A DNA stretch of 64,000 bases, taken from assembly GCA_964415055.1 (NCBI GenBank), contig CAYPZD010000008.1:12838-76837 (forward strand). Direction: 5' to 3'. The position numbers and the translations under genes are program-made. Under the pieces are notes generated by a model. It made no database searches. It had not been told where the DNA came from and saw only the letters and a list, made by a program, of their open reading frames with translations. This document shows positions 38,538 to 48,710 of this stretch, in pieces. This stretch comes from an uncultured Verrucomicrobiota bacterium (lineage in GTDB: Bacteria; Verrucomicrobiota; Verrucomicrobiia; Limisphaerales; AAA164-E04). Each line of letters begins with the position of its first letter. The stretch's first letter is position 1.

Positions 38538-41500
38538 ATGACAGGCAAACCAAATCAAAGAGCCGGGAAGCGCCCATCCAAGGTGAAGCAGTTCAAGAAA
38601 ATCATGGCTGCAAACCGATCGGAAATTGCAATCCGCGTGTTTCGCGCCGCCACGGAACTTCGCAAACGCACGGTAGCGGTCTACGCTCAAGAAGATCGTT
38701 ACTGCATGCACCGCTTCAAAGCCGACGAAGCCTATCAAGTCGGGCGTGGTAAAGGACCGGTGGCTGCTTATTTGGACATCGACAGCATCATTGAAATCGC
38801 AGTCGCCAGAGGCGTGGACGCCATTCATCCGGGCTACGGGTTTTTGAGCGAAAATCCAGACTTCGCCCGCGCCTGCGACAAGGCCGGCATTACCTTCATC
38901 GGACCACGCCCTGAGTTGTTGGACATGATGGGCGACAAAACGGCAGCAAGAGCCGTTGCTCAACGCATAGGCATCCCAACACTGCCTGGAACGGATGATC
39001 CCGTCACCGAACGTAAAGAAGCGATCAAATTGGCCAAGAAAATCGGTTTCCCTCTAATCATTAAAGCCGCATTCGGCGGTGGTGGTCGCGGCATGCGCAT
39101 CGTTCGATCCGAATCGGAGTTACCATCCCTGCTCGACGAAGCCCAAGCTGAAGCAGAACGCGCTTTCGGCAATGCCGCCGTCTTCCTGGAAAAATTCATC
39201 CCCCACGCCAAACACATCGAAGTGCAGATTCTGGGCGACAAACACGGCAATGTCATCCACCTCCACGAACGCGATTGCTCCATCCAGCGCCGTCATCAAA
39301 AAGTAATAGAGGTCGCGCCGAGTTTCGGGCTGCCCGATGAACTTGTGGAACAGATGTGCGCCGACGCTGTGCGCTTGGCAAAGGAGATTCGCTACGAGAA
39401 CGCCGGAACGATCGAGTTTCTTTACGATCAGGATGGTCAACAGGGTTACTTCATTGAGATGAACCCTCGTATTCAGGTGGAACATACGGTAACAGAGGAG
39501 ATCACCGGCGTCGACCTGGTGCGTAGTCAGATCCTGATTGCACAGAACCACCCATTGACATCTCCGGAACTGGGAATCCCGGCACAGGATGAAATCCCTC
39601 GGAATGGCTATGCCATCCAAGCCCGTGTCACCACCGAAGATCCAGCCAACCAATTCATGCCTGACTATGGTAAATTGCTGGCGTACCGTTCTCCGGGCGG
39701 TCTGGGGATTCGCCTTGACGGTGGAATGAGTTACTCCGGCGCGGTCATCACGCCCTTCTACGATTCCATGCTGGTCAAATTGATCACTCACGGAGGTTCC
39801 TATGAAATGGCCATGGATCGCATGCATCGTGCCTTGAGTGAATTCCGTATTCGCGGGGTAAAAACCAATATCCCATTCATCGAAAACGTGATTGCTCACT
39901 CTGAATTCCGCTCGGGTCAGGCAACGACACGTCTCATTGACCAGTCACCTGAGCTGTTCGAGTTCCACCCCCGACGCGACCGCGCTTCCAGACTGCTCAA
40001 ATACTTGGGTAACGTCACGGTCAACGGGAACCCACATATCAAAGCAGCCATTCCCGAACATCAAGTCATGGCCCCGAGTGCCATGCCTTATCATCCCGAC
40101 ACCCCTTGTCCTAAGGGAACGCGCGACTTGTTGCTCGAATTGGGCCCCGGGAAGTTTGCGGAATGGGTCATGAAACAAAAGCGGCTGCTGATCACCGACA
40201 CCACCTTCAGAGATGCTCACCAATCACTGATGGCCACCCGTATGCGCACCTACGACATGCTGGGGTGCGCCGATTTCATCGCCCGTGAATTGGGTGGTGA
40301 AAAGGACGGGCTCTTCTCGATGGAAATGTGGGGTGGAGCAACATTCGACACCACCATGCGATTCCTGAGCGAGGATCCCTGGCAACGACTGCGCATCCTT
40401 CGAAAACACATCCCGAACATCTGTTTTCAAATGCTGTTTCGCGGAAGCAATGCCGTAGGTTATTCGAACTATCCAGACAACGTGGTCGCTGGTTTTGTGA
40501 AACACGCTGCCGAAGCGGGCATGGATATTTTCCGGATTTTTGACAGTTTGAATTACCTTCCAAACCTGAAAGTCGCCATGGAATCCGTCCAGGATACACA
40601 TGCGGTTTGCGAAGCGGCGATTTGCTACACTGGAAATATACTGGACTCGAAACGCGACAAGTTCTCGCTGAAATACTACGTCAAAATCGCCAAGGAACTC
40701 GAAAAGATGGGGGCGCATATGCTCGCGATCAAGGACATGGCAGGACTTTGTCGTCCGCTGGCCGCGCGGAAACTCGTCAAAACCTTGAAGCAGGAAGTGG
40801 GCATTCCCATCCACTTCCATACACACGAAACCGCCGGCGTACAGACAGCGACCATCCTTGAATCAACTCAGGTGGGTGTGGACATCGCCGATCTTGCCAT
40901 CGCCTCCATGTCGGGAAGCACCTCTCAACCCAACATGAATTCCCTGGCGGTTGCGCTCGAAGATTCTCCGCGCAAGACAAAGCTCAACATCGATGCACTC
41001 AACCGACTGAGTGACTACTGGGATCAGGTCCGCGAGGTATATCAACCCTTTGATACGGCTCCCAAAACAGGTAGTGCGGATGTTTACCTGCACGAGATGC
41101 CGGGTGGACAATACACCAATCTCAAGGCCCAGGCCGCCAGCATGGGTGTGGCTCATCGCTGGAACGAAATCGCCAGAACCTATGCCGACGTCAACACCCT
41201 GTTCGGCGACATCGTCAAGGTCACCCCTTCCAGCAAGGTTGTGGGAGATATGGCACTGTTTCTGTTCAGCCATGGAATCAAACCCGAAGACGTCGTCAAT
41301 CTCGAACCCGGCGAACAAACCTGGCCGGAATCGGTCATCGACATGTTCAAGGGCGGACTGGGTTGGCCGGATGGGGGTTGGCCTGAAGCTGCCTGGAAAG
41401 TCATTCTTTCTCCCGAGGATTACAAAAAAGCACGTAAGAGATATCGTGCAGACGTCAAACGCGGCCGCCCGAAGGCCTCCCCGTCTTTGGACTTGGAGCA

Positions 41501-42071
41501 AACTCGGAAAGATCTGTCTCATAAGATCAAGCGGAAGGTCAATGACGACGATCTATATGCCTATCTCATGTATCCTAAAGTGTTCCTGGATTATGAACAT
41601 CATCACAAGGAACATGGAAACGTCAGCGCGCTACCAACTCCAAGCTTCCTCTACGGACTGCATCCCAATGAAGAAATTGCGGTCAGTATTGAAGAAGGCA
41701 AAGATTTGTTCATTCGCCTGATCAATGTGGGGCAACCGGATGAAAACGGTCAGTGTGCCGTCACTTACGAACTGAACGGAATCGCCCGGGATACCATGAT
41801 CACCAACGAAACCATTGCTCCCAAGGGCGTTCAAAGAGTTAAGGCCGATGATGCCGATCCCAAGCAGGTCGGGGCTCCGATTCCCGGTCTGATTGCCGAG
41901 GTGCTTGTTTCCGTAGGACACAAAGTGACCAAGGGAGAACGAATGATCATGATGGAGGCCATGAAAATGCAAACCTCCATCAACGCCCCCTGCGACGGGC
42001 ACGTTGCGGAGTTGTTGGTGGAATTTGGAGAAAATGTCGAAATCAAGGATTTGTTGGTTCGTCTGAAGTAA
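38538..42071 (+). CDS. pyc: pyruvate carboxylase (single-chain)
   Basis: 1177 aa. The biotin carboxylase N-terminus is ANRSEIAIRVFRA, followed by the carboxyltransferase TIM barrel (DTTFRDAHQSL) and the C-terminal biotinyl motif EAMKMQ. Confidence 0.95.
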   Translation: MTGKPNQRAGKRPSKVKQFKKIMAANRSEIAIRVFRAATELRKRTVAVYAQEDRYCMHRFKADEAYQVGRGKGPVAAYLDIDSIIEIAVARGVDAIHPGYGFLSENPDFARACDKAGITFIGPRPELLDMMGDKTAARAVAQRIGIPTLPGTDDPVTERKEAIKLAKKIGFPLIIKAAFGGGGRGMRIVRSESELPSLLDEAQAEAERAFGNAAVFLEKFIPHAKHIEVQILGDKHGNVIHLHERDCSIQRRHQKVIEVAPSFGLPDELVEQMCADAVRLAKEIRYENAGTIEFLYDQDGQQGYFIEMNPRIQVEHTVTEEITGVDLVRSQILIAQNHPLTSPELGIPAQDEIPRNGYAIQARVTTEDPANQFMPDYGKLLAYRSPGGLGIRLDGGMSYSGAVITPFYDSMLVKLITHGGSYEMAMDRMHRALSEFRIRGVKTNIPFIENVIAHSEFRSGQATTRLIDQSPELFEFHPRRDRASRLLKYLGNVTVNGNPHIKAAIPEHQVMAPSAMPYHPDTPCPKGTRDLLLELGPGKFAEWVMKQKRLLITDTTFRDAHQSLMATRMRTYDMLGCADFIARELGGEKDGLFSMEMWGGATFDTTMRFLSEDPWQRLRILRKHIPNICFQMLFRGSNAVGYSNYPDNVVAGFVKHAAEAGMDIFRIFDSLNYLPNLKVAMESVQDTHAVCEAAICYTGNILDSKRDKFSLKYYVKIAKELEKMGAHMLAIKDMAGLCRPLAARKLVKTLKQEVGIPIHFHTHETAGVQTATILESTQVGVDIADLAIASMSGSTSQPNMNSLAVALEDSPRKTKLNIDALNRLSDYWDQVREVYQPFDTAPKTGSADVYLHEMPGGQYTNLKAQAASMGVAHRWNEIARTYADVNTLFGDIVKVTPSSKVVGDMALFLFSHGIKPEDVVNLEPGEQTWPESVIDMFKGGLGWPDGGWPEAAWKVILSPEDYKKARKRYRADVKRGRPKASPSLDLEQTRKDLSHKIKRKVNDDDLYAYLMYPKVFLDYEHHHKEHGNVSALPTPSFLYGLHPNEEIAVSIEEGKDLFIRLINVGQPDENGQCAVTYELNGIARDTMITNETIAPKGVQRVKADDADPKQVGAPIPGLIAEVLVSVGHKVTKGERMIMMEAMKMQTSINAPCDGHVAELLVEFGENVEIKDLLVRLK

Positions 42072-42196
42072 GCCGGGTTATTGGGAAGGTGGGCTTGTTC
42101 TTGTGCGTTTCCGTTCGTTTTTGGTTGCGTTCCGGGTAATCTATGTAAAAGTTTACACCGCAACACCAAAAGGAGAACACAACACCACTCGAGCAT

Positions 42197-42448
42197 ATGG
42201 CGGACAATCGCTCATCCGATGATTCACCCAAGCAGGGTCATGGTTCGTCTCATTCAGACCACCATCACCACCATCGACGCAGACGAAAACGACGCCGGTC
42301 AAGGAACCATGGCGGCTCCGTCAAATCGGTGAAAGACGGGCTGATGTTGTTTGCGGTCATTCTGGCTTTTGTCGTCGCCCTGGGATTTTGCCTCTGGATG
42401 ATCGTCCCTCCTCTGCTTCAATACCTCAGTCAATCGACCAACTGGTAA
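42197..42448 (+). CDS. small His/Arg-rich single-pass membrane protein (hypothetical)
   Basis: 83-aa ORF with HGSSHSDHHHHHRRRRKRRRSRNHGG followed by one TM (LMLFAVILAFVVALGFCLWMIV). Coding status is not verified. Confidence 0.4.
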   Translation: MADNRSSDDSPKQGHGSSHSDHHHHHRRRRKRRRSRNHGGSVKSVKDGLMLFAVILAFVVALGFCLWMIVPPLLQYLSQSTNW

Positions 42449-42526
42449 TTTTTTGCCACTAAAAAAGATTCAACACTGTCTAATCCAATGCTTGTGTCAT
42501 GGCCTCGCACCGGATTAGATTGCGGC

Positions 42527-43831
42527 ATGCCAATTCACAAAACTCGTTCACTCATGCAGTCAATCACTGGAGCATTGCTGATCACAGTTTTATTGCTGAC
42601 AGATGCAGCGCTAGGCCAAGGCTCTGAGTCACTGGCTATTCCGGCGACTGATGAAGGTTTGCCGGGAACCGGTCCGATCCGCCGTTATGACTGGTTTCAA
42701 AACCTCTGGCTGCGCAAAAGAACAGCCTGGAGTGAACGTGTTCAAGAAGATCAGAAAACCCTGGTCTTTTTGGGAGACTCCATCACGCAGGGATGGACGG
42801 ATGCCTTCCACGGCCATTTTGCGGATCTTGAAAAATCCAACCGAGGCATCAGTGGAGATACAACACGCGGGGTTTTGATTCGCATGGACAAAGATGTCCT
42901 TTCCCTGAACCCAACCGGCATTGTTCTTTTGATCGGCACCAATGATCTCGAAGAAGGAGCCTCACCAAAAACCATCGCCGGAAATCTAAAATTGATCCTC
43001 GACAAACTGCAGGCCCACAAGGCCGACATGCCGATCATCCTGTGCCAGGTCTTTCCAAGTGATGCCTCCAAAAAGCGCCCTGCAGATGCGATCAAGCAAA
43101 TCAACAAACTCTATGGTGACCTGGCTCAGAACTATCCGCAAGTCACCGTGCTCGACACTTGGACACTCTTTGCAGATGAAAACGGAAATGCCAGGGAACC
43201 TGAATTCCCGGATCTCCTTCACCCGAATGAAGTGGGATACGCTAAATGGGCCAAAGCCCTTCAACCTTTGCTGGCCACCACCGGATTCCTGGAAACAAAA
43301 CGCGAACCTTTCAAACCCGAAGAAGGTTTTGTTTCGCTGTTCAATGGACGCGATCTGACTGGATGGGGTTTTCGCGACATGAAATCCATGATTCAGAAAT
43401 CGGATTTCTCCGGACAGAAACAATCAAATGACGGACGCTACCAGGCGATCAATGGACGCATTGTCGTCACCACCCCACCGGAAGGACGCCGTATCCAACA
43501 AATGTGGACCACCAAGAATTTCCCGGAAAATTTCATCCTGAAACTCGAATTCAGAGCCACCCCCAACGCCGATTCAGGCGTATTCATTCGACGCCCACAA
43601 CTCCAGTGCCGCGACTACCCCTTGGCGGGCCCGTATAAGGACTTGAAACATTACCGCCCCCAGGAATGGAATGAATTGATCATCGAGGTGCGCGATAGCG
43701 TGGCACACTGCACCTGCAACGGAGAAATCCTTGAAGAGGCACTCAAACTTCCCGTGACTGGCCCTATCGGGCTGGAAGGAGATCGCGGTCAAATGGAATA
43801 CCGCCGGATCCGGTTGAAACGTTTGCAGTGA
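42527..43831 (+). CDS. secreted SGNH/GDSL esterase fused to a DUF1080 (3-keto-disaccharide hydrolase-like) domain
   Basis: SGNH blocks FLGDSITQGW, LIGTNDL and DLLHPN. The C-terminal DUF1080 blocks are FVSLFNGRDLTGW, DSGVFIR and GPIGLEGDRGQMEYRRIRL. The start is chosen at MPIHK (42527); 42554 is also possible. Confidence 0.75.
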   Translation: MPIHKTRSLMQSITGALLITVLLLTDAALGQGSESLAIPATDEGLPGTGPIRRYDWFQNLWLRKRTAWSERVQEDQKTLVFLGDSITQGWTDAFHGHFADLEKSNRGISGDTTRGVLIRMDKDVLSLNPTGIVLLIGTNDLEEGASPKTIAGNLKLILDKLQAHKADMPIILCQVFPSDASKKRPADAIKQINKLYGDLAQNYPQVTVLDTWTLFADENGNAREPEFPDLLHPNEVGYAKWAKALQPLLATTGFLETKREPFKPEEGFVSLFNGRDLTGWGFRDMKSMIQKSDFSGQKQSNDGRYQAINGRIVVTTPPEGRRIQQMWTTKNFPENFILKLEFRATPNADSGVFIRRPQLQCRDYPLAGPYKDLKHYRPQEWNELIIEVRDSVAHCTCNGEILEEALKLPVTGPIGLEGDRGQMEYRRIRLKRLQ

Positions 43832-43986
43832 GCGTAGAGCCACTGTCGATTTGGGAATAAATTTAATTGCTAACAAACGGCATTTTCCCGAGCAAGCGGC
43901 ACGGGGGTGCAATTTAAAAACTCCAACGGATTCGATTACGCAAACACTTTTGGCAAACGCTGTAACGTTTCCCTAAGGAATCCAAA

Positions 43987-44004
43987 GCTGTGTCGAGCCA
44001 CAGC
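43987..44004 (-). terminator. weak hairpin downstream of the sulfatase gene
   Basis: GCTGTG-TCGAGC-CACAGC, followed on the minus strand by TTTGGATT. It lies 70 nt beyond the stop at 44075. The stem is only 6 bp. Confidence 0.3.
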
Positions 44005-44074
44005 ACTCCAAAAAGCGACAACCTTATCCTAACACGCATGCTTTAGGCGGTGGTGAGGATGAAAAAACAAATCC

Positions 44075-45715
44075 TCAACGACTCTCTGAAATGCGAGCAC
44101 TCGGATCGTAATTTGGATTTACCGGCATCATCCGGACATTTGTTTCATTCCGCCAGTCCCTCAACTGCGAAAGCAATCGCTTAACCACATCAGGTCTTTG
44201 CGTTGCCAAGTCATTTTGTTCGCCGGGATCATTATGAAGATCGAACAACTGAACCGATCCGTTTTCAAAGTATTCCAATAATTTGAATGCGCCTTTTCGA
44301 ATAGCCCCTCCCGGGCTTTGCATGCCATGGTTGCTGTAATGAGGGAAATGCCAATAAAGAGCATCCCGATCCACAGTGGTTTTTCCGGCAAGATATGGAA
44401 CCAGACTGATTCCATCCAGGAAGTGATTCCCATTTTTGGAAAGGCCCAGCATATCCAAAATGGTGGGATAAAAATCCACTCCAATGACCGGCTCATGACA
44501 CTTATACTCTGTGAAAGGAACGTGCCCCGGCCACTTGATGATGAGCGGCACCCGGATCCCACCTTCATACAACCAACCTTTGGCGCCCCTCAGCGGATGA
44601 TTGGATGTGGCATACGCTCCATCCAACCGATCCGGCGAAACCACCCGATTGGGACGACCAAAATTGGCGGCTGCCATTCCCCCGTTGTCTGAGGTGAAGA
44701 AGAGGATCGTGTCATCTGTCAATCCAAGCTCCTCAAGCTTTGCCATCACACGCCCCAAACTCTCATCCATACTTTCCACCATGGCTGCAAACTGGGGATT
44801 ATCCTGTCTCTGCTTGATCTTGACGGTCTGATCCGGCAGCACTCGATATTGTGATTTGTAAGGTTCTTGAAGCATGAATTGATCCAGGTGACTTCTTTCA
44901 AATGCGAGTTCCGCATCGGGATTTCCCTCCAAAATAAAGGGTTCAGGATCGGCCGGCAGCCTTGATCTTTTAGTTTCGTATTTCTCGACCAGATCGCTTG
45001 GGCCTTGAATGGGGTCATGAACAGCAAAGTGTGACAGATACAAAAAGAACGGCTGTTCTTCGCTGGATTCAATGAACTTCAACGCCTCATCCGTCAGTAC
45101 GTCCGTTAGGTAAGCTCCATCTTCATCCTCCAGACCAGTCATATTGAACGGTGAATGGTATCCCGACCTTGGCCACCCTTTGTTCCAGTCGGTAGGAACA
45201 CGCACATCGAACCCCTGCGCCAGTGGCCCATAGGGTTCTTCGCCCAGATGCCACTTCCCAAAATGTCCGGTACGATATCCATTTTCTTTGAGTGTTTCGG
45301 CCAAAGTAATTTCTTCCAAAGGCAAAGCCTGCTTAATGGCTGCATTGCTCAGCTTTTGAAATGGAAACTCACGCCTTCCGGGCAACCAATCGGTGAGCTG
45401 CAATCGGGCGGGATATTTTCCCGTCAAAATACTGGCCCGCGATGGGGAACAAACATGACAAGTCGCATAGGCATCCGTGAAATGTACCCCTTCTCTGGCC
45501 AATCGATCTACGTTGGGCGTGTCATAAAAAGGACTGCCGTAACACTTCAGATCATTCCATCCAAGATCATCGACCAGAAAGAAAACGATATTCGGCTTGG
45601 CATTTCCTCCCAGCATAGACAGGTCTCCATGCATGGCTGCCAGCAAGATCATTAGAAGAAAACTGCGGATCAAACCGGCAAAATGACTCCACAGTAGCTC
45701 AAGATTCGTTCTCAT
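44075..45715 (-). CDS. arylsulfatase A-family sulfatase
   Basis: NIVFFLVDDLGWND and the signature CSPSRASILTG, with overall sulfatase colinearity and a signal/anchor at the N-terminus. Confidence 0.9.
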   Translation of the reverse strand: MRTNLELLWSHFAGLIRSFLLMILLAAMHGDLSMLGGNAKPNIVFFLVDDLGWNDLKCYGSPFYDTPNVDRLAREGVHFTDAYATCHVCSPSRASILTGKYPARLQLTDWLPGRREFPFQKLSNAAIKQALPLEEITLAETLKENGYRTGHFGKWHLGEEPYGPLAQGFDVRVPTDWNKGWPRSGYHSPFNMTGLEDEDGAYLTDVLTDEALKFIESSEEQPFFLYLSHFAVHDPIQGPSDLVEKYETKRSRLPADPEPFILEGNPDAELAFERSHLDQFMLQEPYKSQYRVLPDQTVKIKQRQDNPQFAAMVESMDESLGRVMAKLEELGLTDDTILFFTSDNGGMAAANFGRPNRVVSPDRLDGAYATSNHPLRGAKGWLYEGGIRVPLIIKWPGHVPFTEYKCHEPVIGVDFYPTILDMLGLSKNGNHFLDGISLVPYLAGKTTVDRDALYWHFPHYSNHGMQSPGGAIRKGAFKLLEYFENGSVQLFDLHNDPGEQNDLATQRPDVVKRLLSQLRDWRNETNVRMMPVNPNYDPSARISESR

Positions 45716-45724
45716 TGCGTAGCT

Positions 45725-48157
45725 CTAATAGTATTTGAATTGCACGGAGACAATCGCTTCTTTATCGCACCGGGCCCTCACCCAATAGGCGCTGTATCCC
45801 TGCAGGAAACGGTGGTGTAAATTCTTGCCACCCGTGGTTTGGAAGGTTTCATAGGGCAACCACACTCCTGTCCCATCCACGTCCACTTCCAGGCTGACGT
45901 TCGCATCGCGGTCTGACCAGATTTTGAGTTGTTTATGGTCATACCCGGTCATCAGATAAGGATCGGACGGTTCACCGGGCTTGACCTCAGTTTCCATCCA
46001 CGGTCCACCCTGACCACGTGGTTTTCCCAATCGCCACAAATCATCCACCACGCCCGCCCAAACAGCAGCTTTCCCATCCTCACTGCGAAATATACGGTCG
46101 CTTTCGGTGGAATCATCCATGCCGGTGAAAAACAGCAAACCGTTGTGCGAGCAAAAATCATGGATACGCAGCTGATGAGTGGCGATGGGACGCATCTTCG
46201 CCAGCCCCTGGGCATTGCGCGCAGGAAGTTCGTAGAACGTTCCGTGAATATTCAACAAATCCCGTTCAGTGGCTACCTCACGACAAACTCGAGCCAGGGA
46301 AAATCCGCTTTTATTCGATGCATCTCCATAAGCATCCATCCTTGGCAGTCGATATCGCTTTCCATCTTCTTCGATCACGATGGAAGCGTTATCGACAGAG
46401 TATGCTTTCGCGGGCTGGCTCACGTCGGAGACCAGTTGATGCATGGCAGCCGGATCGTCGACGGGTTTCAACTCCATACTCGATGTCAGAGCGTAAAAAC
46501 CGGCATCATCACCCGAAGCATTGGACGAAGCCACAACCCCCAATCGATCATGCGCAAGACTTCGCATCAAACCGTAGCTCTTGGCTTGAACTTCGCCAGA
46601 AGCCACGCCATCAAATATCGCGTCATTCCTGGTGCGACGGGTGTCTTTGTTTCGATACTGAAAGTGGGCAGTGACATCCTTGGCATCCGACAGGGTTCTT
46701 ACTCGAATCCATGTCCCGGCTTCATCGGCACTAAAAAGATAAGAATGGTTTCCCTTGGGCCCAATGGTCCATGTATGAATCCTGGTCCATTGGTCATTCC
46801 CTTTCTGATCTGCTTCCAACTCCACCGTGATCTCTTCGTCAGACTGATGTTGCAGATGGATCTGCCGATAATCGTATCCTGAAAACAGATACGGATCGCT
46901 CACCTGCCCTGCCTTCACATCATCACGCAACCAAACCGAACCCCGGCCAATTGCCGGTCCCAAATGATCCAATCTTTCGGGCTCGACACACCATAGATTG
47001 GAATTGGATTGCTTGGGTGATCCATGAGCAGCCTTGAACGAGCGTTTGTTCAGGAATTCGGCACGTGCCGAATCATCGCAACCCATCACCACACGATCGC
47101 CCCACCGACAAAAATCACCCACCACTTTCAGGTAATTGGATCTCGGGGCAATTCCCGAAGATTGATGCCTGGAGAATGCTTTTGGAAACTTCCAGAACGT
47201 TCCATGCATCGTAGCCAGCAAATCTTCCTCGCCAATTTCCCGAATCCTTGGCCATTCGGTATTCCACCCGTGCGAACCATCGTAACTATGGCTTCCTTTC
47301 GGCAGGCGATAAAAGGTCCACTCCTGATCTTCCAGCAATCCCAATATCAGCGAGCGGGCATCCCACCCAAAAGTCCAAATCGGATCTTTATCGGGGTGTT
47401 GGTTTCCATGAATACCACCCGGCCCAGTCACTTCACAAAATTGATTGCGCCGAATCATCTGCCAATCCCCTCCCCCTGTCCAGCGAGCCAGGGATCCGGA
47501 TGCGATGGTCGGATCACGACCGACGTCCGGATGACGTTCTCCGTTATTGGCATAAATCAACTGCCCCTGACCGGAATACATCCCTTTGCCATGGTATCCG
47601 GGCAATTTCGAGACCAAGCCCACAGCCGGCGCTCCGGAATTGCCGTCCCGAATGAAACAGCTTACATCCAAGGTTCTCAAATCCACTTCATATAATCCCT
47701 CCTCCATGGTTGCATAATACACCTTGTGCTCGGGATCGCTCAGATGACGTGCGTTGGCGGTCAATCGACCGAACATTTTATCCGGGGAAATGACACGAAT
47801 TTCACCCTGCGCGTTGATGACATAAGGACCGATCAGCAAGTGTTGGGATTCAGAATGAATCATTCGGTTCGCCGGGGTTCCTCCGACACTGCCCTTGAAA
47901 ATGATTTGGTCCAGGTCAGGCGTTATTTCGTAAAGTTTATCCGTCGAGCCACCCGGCTGATGCGGAGCATATGTAACGGCCCATAACCTGCCTTGCCAGG
48001 GTACCACTGCGCCTGTCCCGCACTCATTCTCATCGTTCCACATGGTCAGATGAGGGTAAATACCTGAAATTTGAATGGGATGCGGATCAGCTCCATACAA
48101 GTTCACCAGATAAAACTGAGAACAGATCAACCAGATACAGAACACACGAAAATTCAT
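45725..48157 (-). CDS. secreted 810-aa protein of unknown family with an internal duplication
   Basis: It has a signal peptide and its stop is 9 nt upstream of the sulfatase start. Two approximately 175-aa units can be aligned by eye (aa 318-501 and 638-810). I recognised no family. Confidence 0.8.
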   Translation of the reverse strand: MNFRVFCIWLICSQFYLVNLYGADPHPIQISGIYPHLTMWNDENECGTGAVVPWQGRLWAVTYAPHQPGGSTDKLYEITPDLDQIIFKGSVGGTPANRMIHSESQHLLIGPYVINAQGEIRVISPDKMFGRLTANARHLSDPEHKVYYATMEEGLYEVDLRTLDVSCFIRDGNSGAPAVGLVSKLPGYHGKGMYSGQGQLIYANNGERHPDVGRDPTIASGSLARWTGGGDWQMIRRNQFCEVTGPGGIHGNQHPDKDPIWTFGWDARSLILGLLEDQEWTFYRLPKGSHSYDGSHGWNTEWPRIREIGEEDLLATMHGTFWKFPKAFSRHQSSGIAPRSNYLKVVGDFCRWGDRVVMGCDDSARAEFLNKRSFKAAHGSPKQSNSNLWCVEPERLDHLGPAIGRGSVWLRDDVKAGQVSDPYLFSGYDYRQIHLQHQSDEEITVELEADQKGNDQWTRIHTWTIGPKGNHSYLFSADEAGTWIRVRTLSDAKDVTAHFQYRNKDTRRTRNDAIFDGVASGEVQAKSYGLMRSLAHDRLGVVASSNASGDDAGFYALTSSMELKPVDDPAAMHQLVSDVSQPAKAYSVDNASIVIEEDGKRYRLPRMDAYGDASNKSGFSLARVCREVATERDLLNIHGTFYELPARNAQGLAKMRPIATHQLRIHDFCSHNGLLFFTGMDDSTESDRIFRSEDGKAAVWAGVVDDLWRLGKPRGQGGPWMETEVKPGEPSDPYLMTGYDHKQLKIWSDRDANVSLEVDVDGTGVWLPYETFQTTGGKNLHHRFLQGYSAYWVRARCDKEAIVSVQFKYY

Positions 48158-48181
48158 ACCCGTATCATGTGCGACGAACCA

Positions 48182-48700
48182 TCAATTGGCAACCAGTTTG
48201 GCCAGAAGCTTTGCGCTGATAAGCAGGCGGTATGGGTTTCCTGGAAGTTCTTCGAAATCGAATGATTGGTAAAACGCTTTGGCTTGATCATCCAGGCAAT
48301 CAATAACCACCCCTACAAATGCAAAGGTCTTGCCTGCCTCATGACAGTCACACAACGCTTGTGTCAGCAGTCTTTGACCATGCCCTTTGCCTTGACATGA
48401 AATGTCAATACCAAGCCAGGCCAGCAAAGCCACTGGCACCCCTCTATTAGGAAGCCGTTTTCCTATTTGAACAGGCAAATCAGAGACATCAACTTGAGCG
48501 GTGGCAATCGTATAAAATCCAATCAAATGTTGATCATCATCTACCAGGACTCGAGTGACAGATAAGCGCTTACGCTGGTGTTGCAACGCCTTTGTTGCTA
48601 TCCAATCATCCACTTTTGCTTTACCGCTACGAAACGAGCCACGTCGATGGTGTTTTTCCAAATTCTCAATTCGAAAACCTGCAGGAAATCGGACCATCAC
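48182..48700 (-). CDS. GNAT-family acetyltransferase toxin (TacT/KacT-like)
   Basis: 172 aa. The N-terminal block is HHRRGSFRSGKAKVDDWI (compare the FDCG...L..WL block of this toxin family) and the acetyl-CoA loop is CQGKGHGQRLL. It lies 10 nt downstream of a DUF1778 gene. Confidence 0.8.
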   Translation of the reverse strand: MMVRFPAGFRIENLEKHHRRGSFRSGKAKVDDWIATKALQHQRKRLSVTRVLVDDDQHLIGFYTIATAQVDVSDLPVQIGKRLPNRGVPVALLAWLGIDISCQGKGHGQRLLTQALCDCHEAGKTFAFVGVVIDCLDDQAKAFYQSFDFEELPGNPYRLLISAKLLAKLVAN

Positions 48701-48710
48701 TCAATCCCCT

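Noticed and set aside
42168-42173. AAGGAG upstream of the His/Arg-rich small ORF as its ribosome-binding site.
   Set aside because: It lies 23 nt from ATG 42197, too far to act as a Shine-Dalgarno. This lowers confidence in the small ORF rather than raising it.
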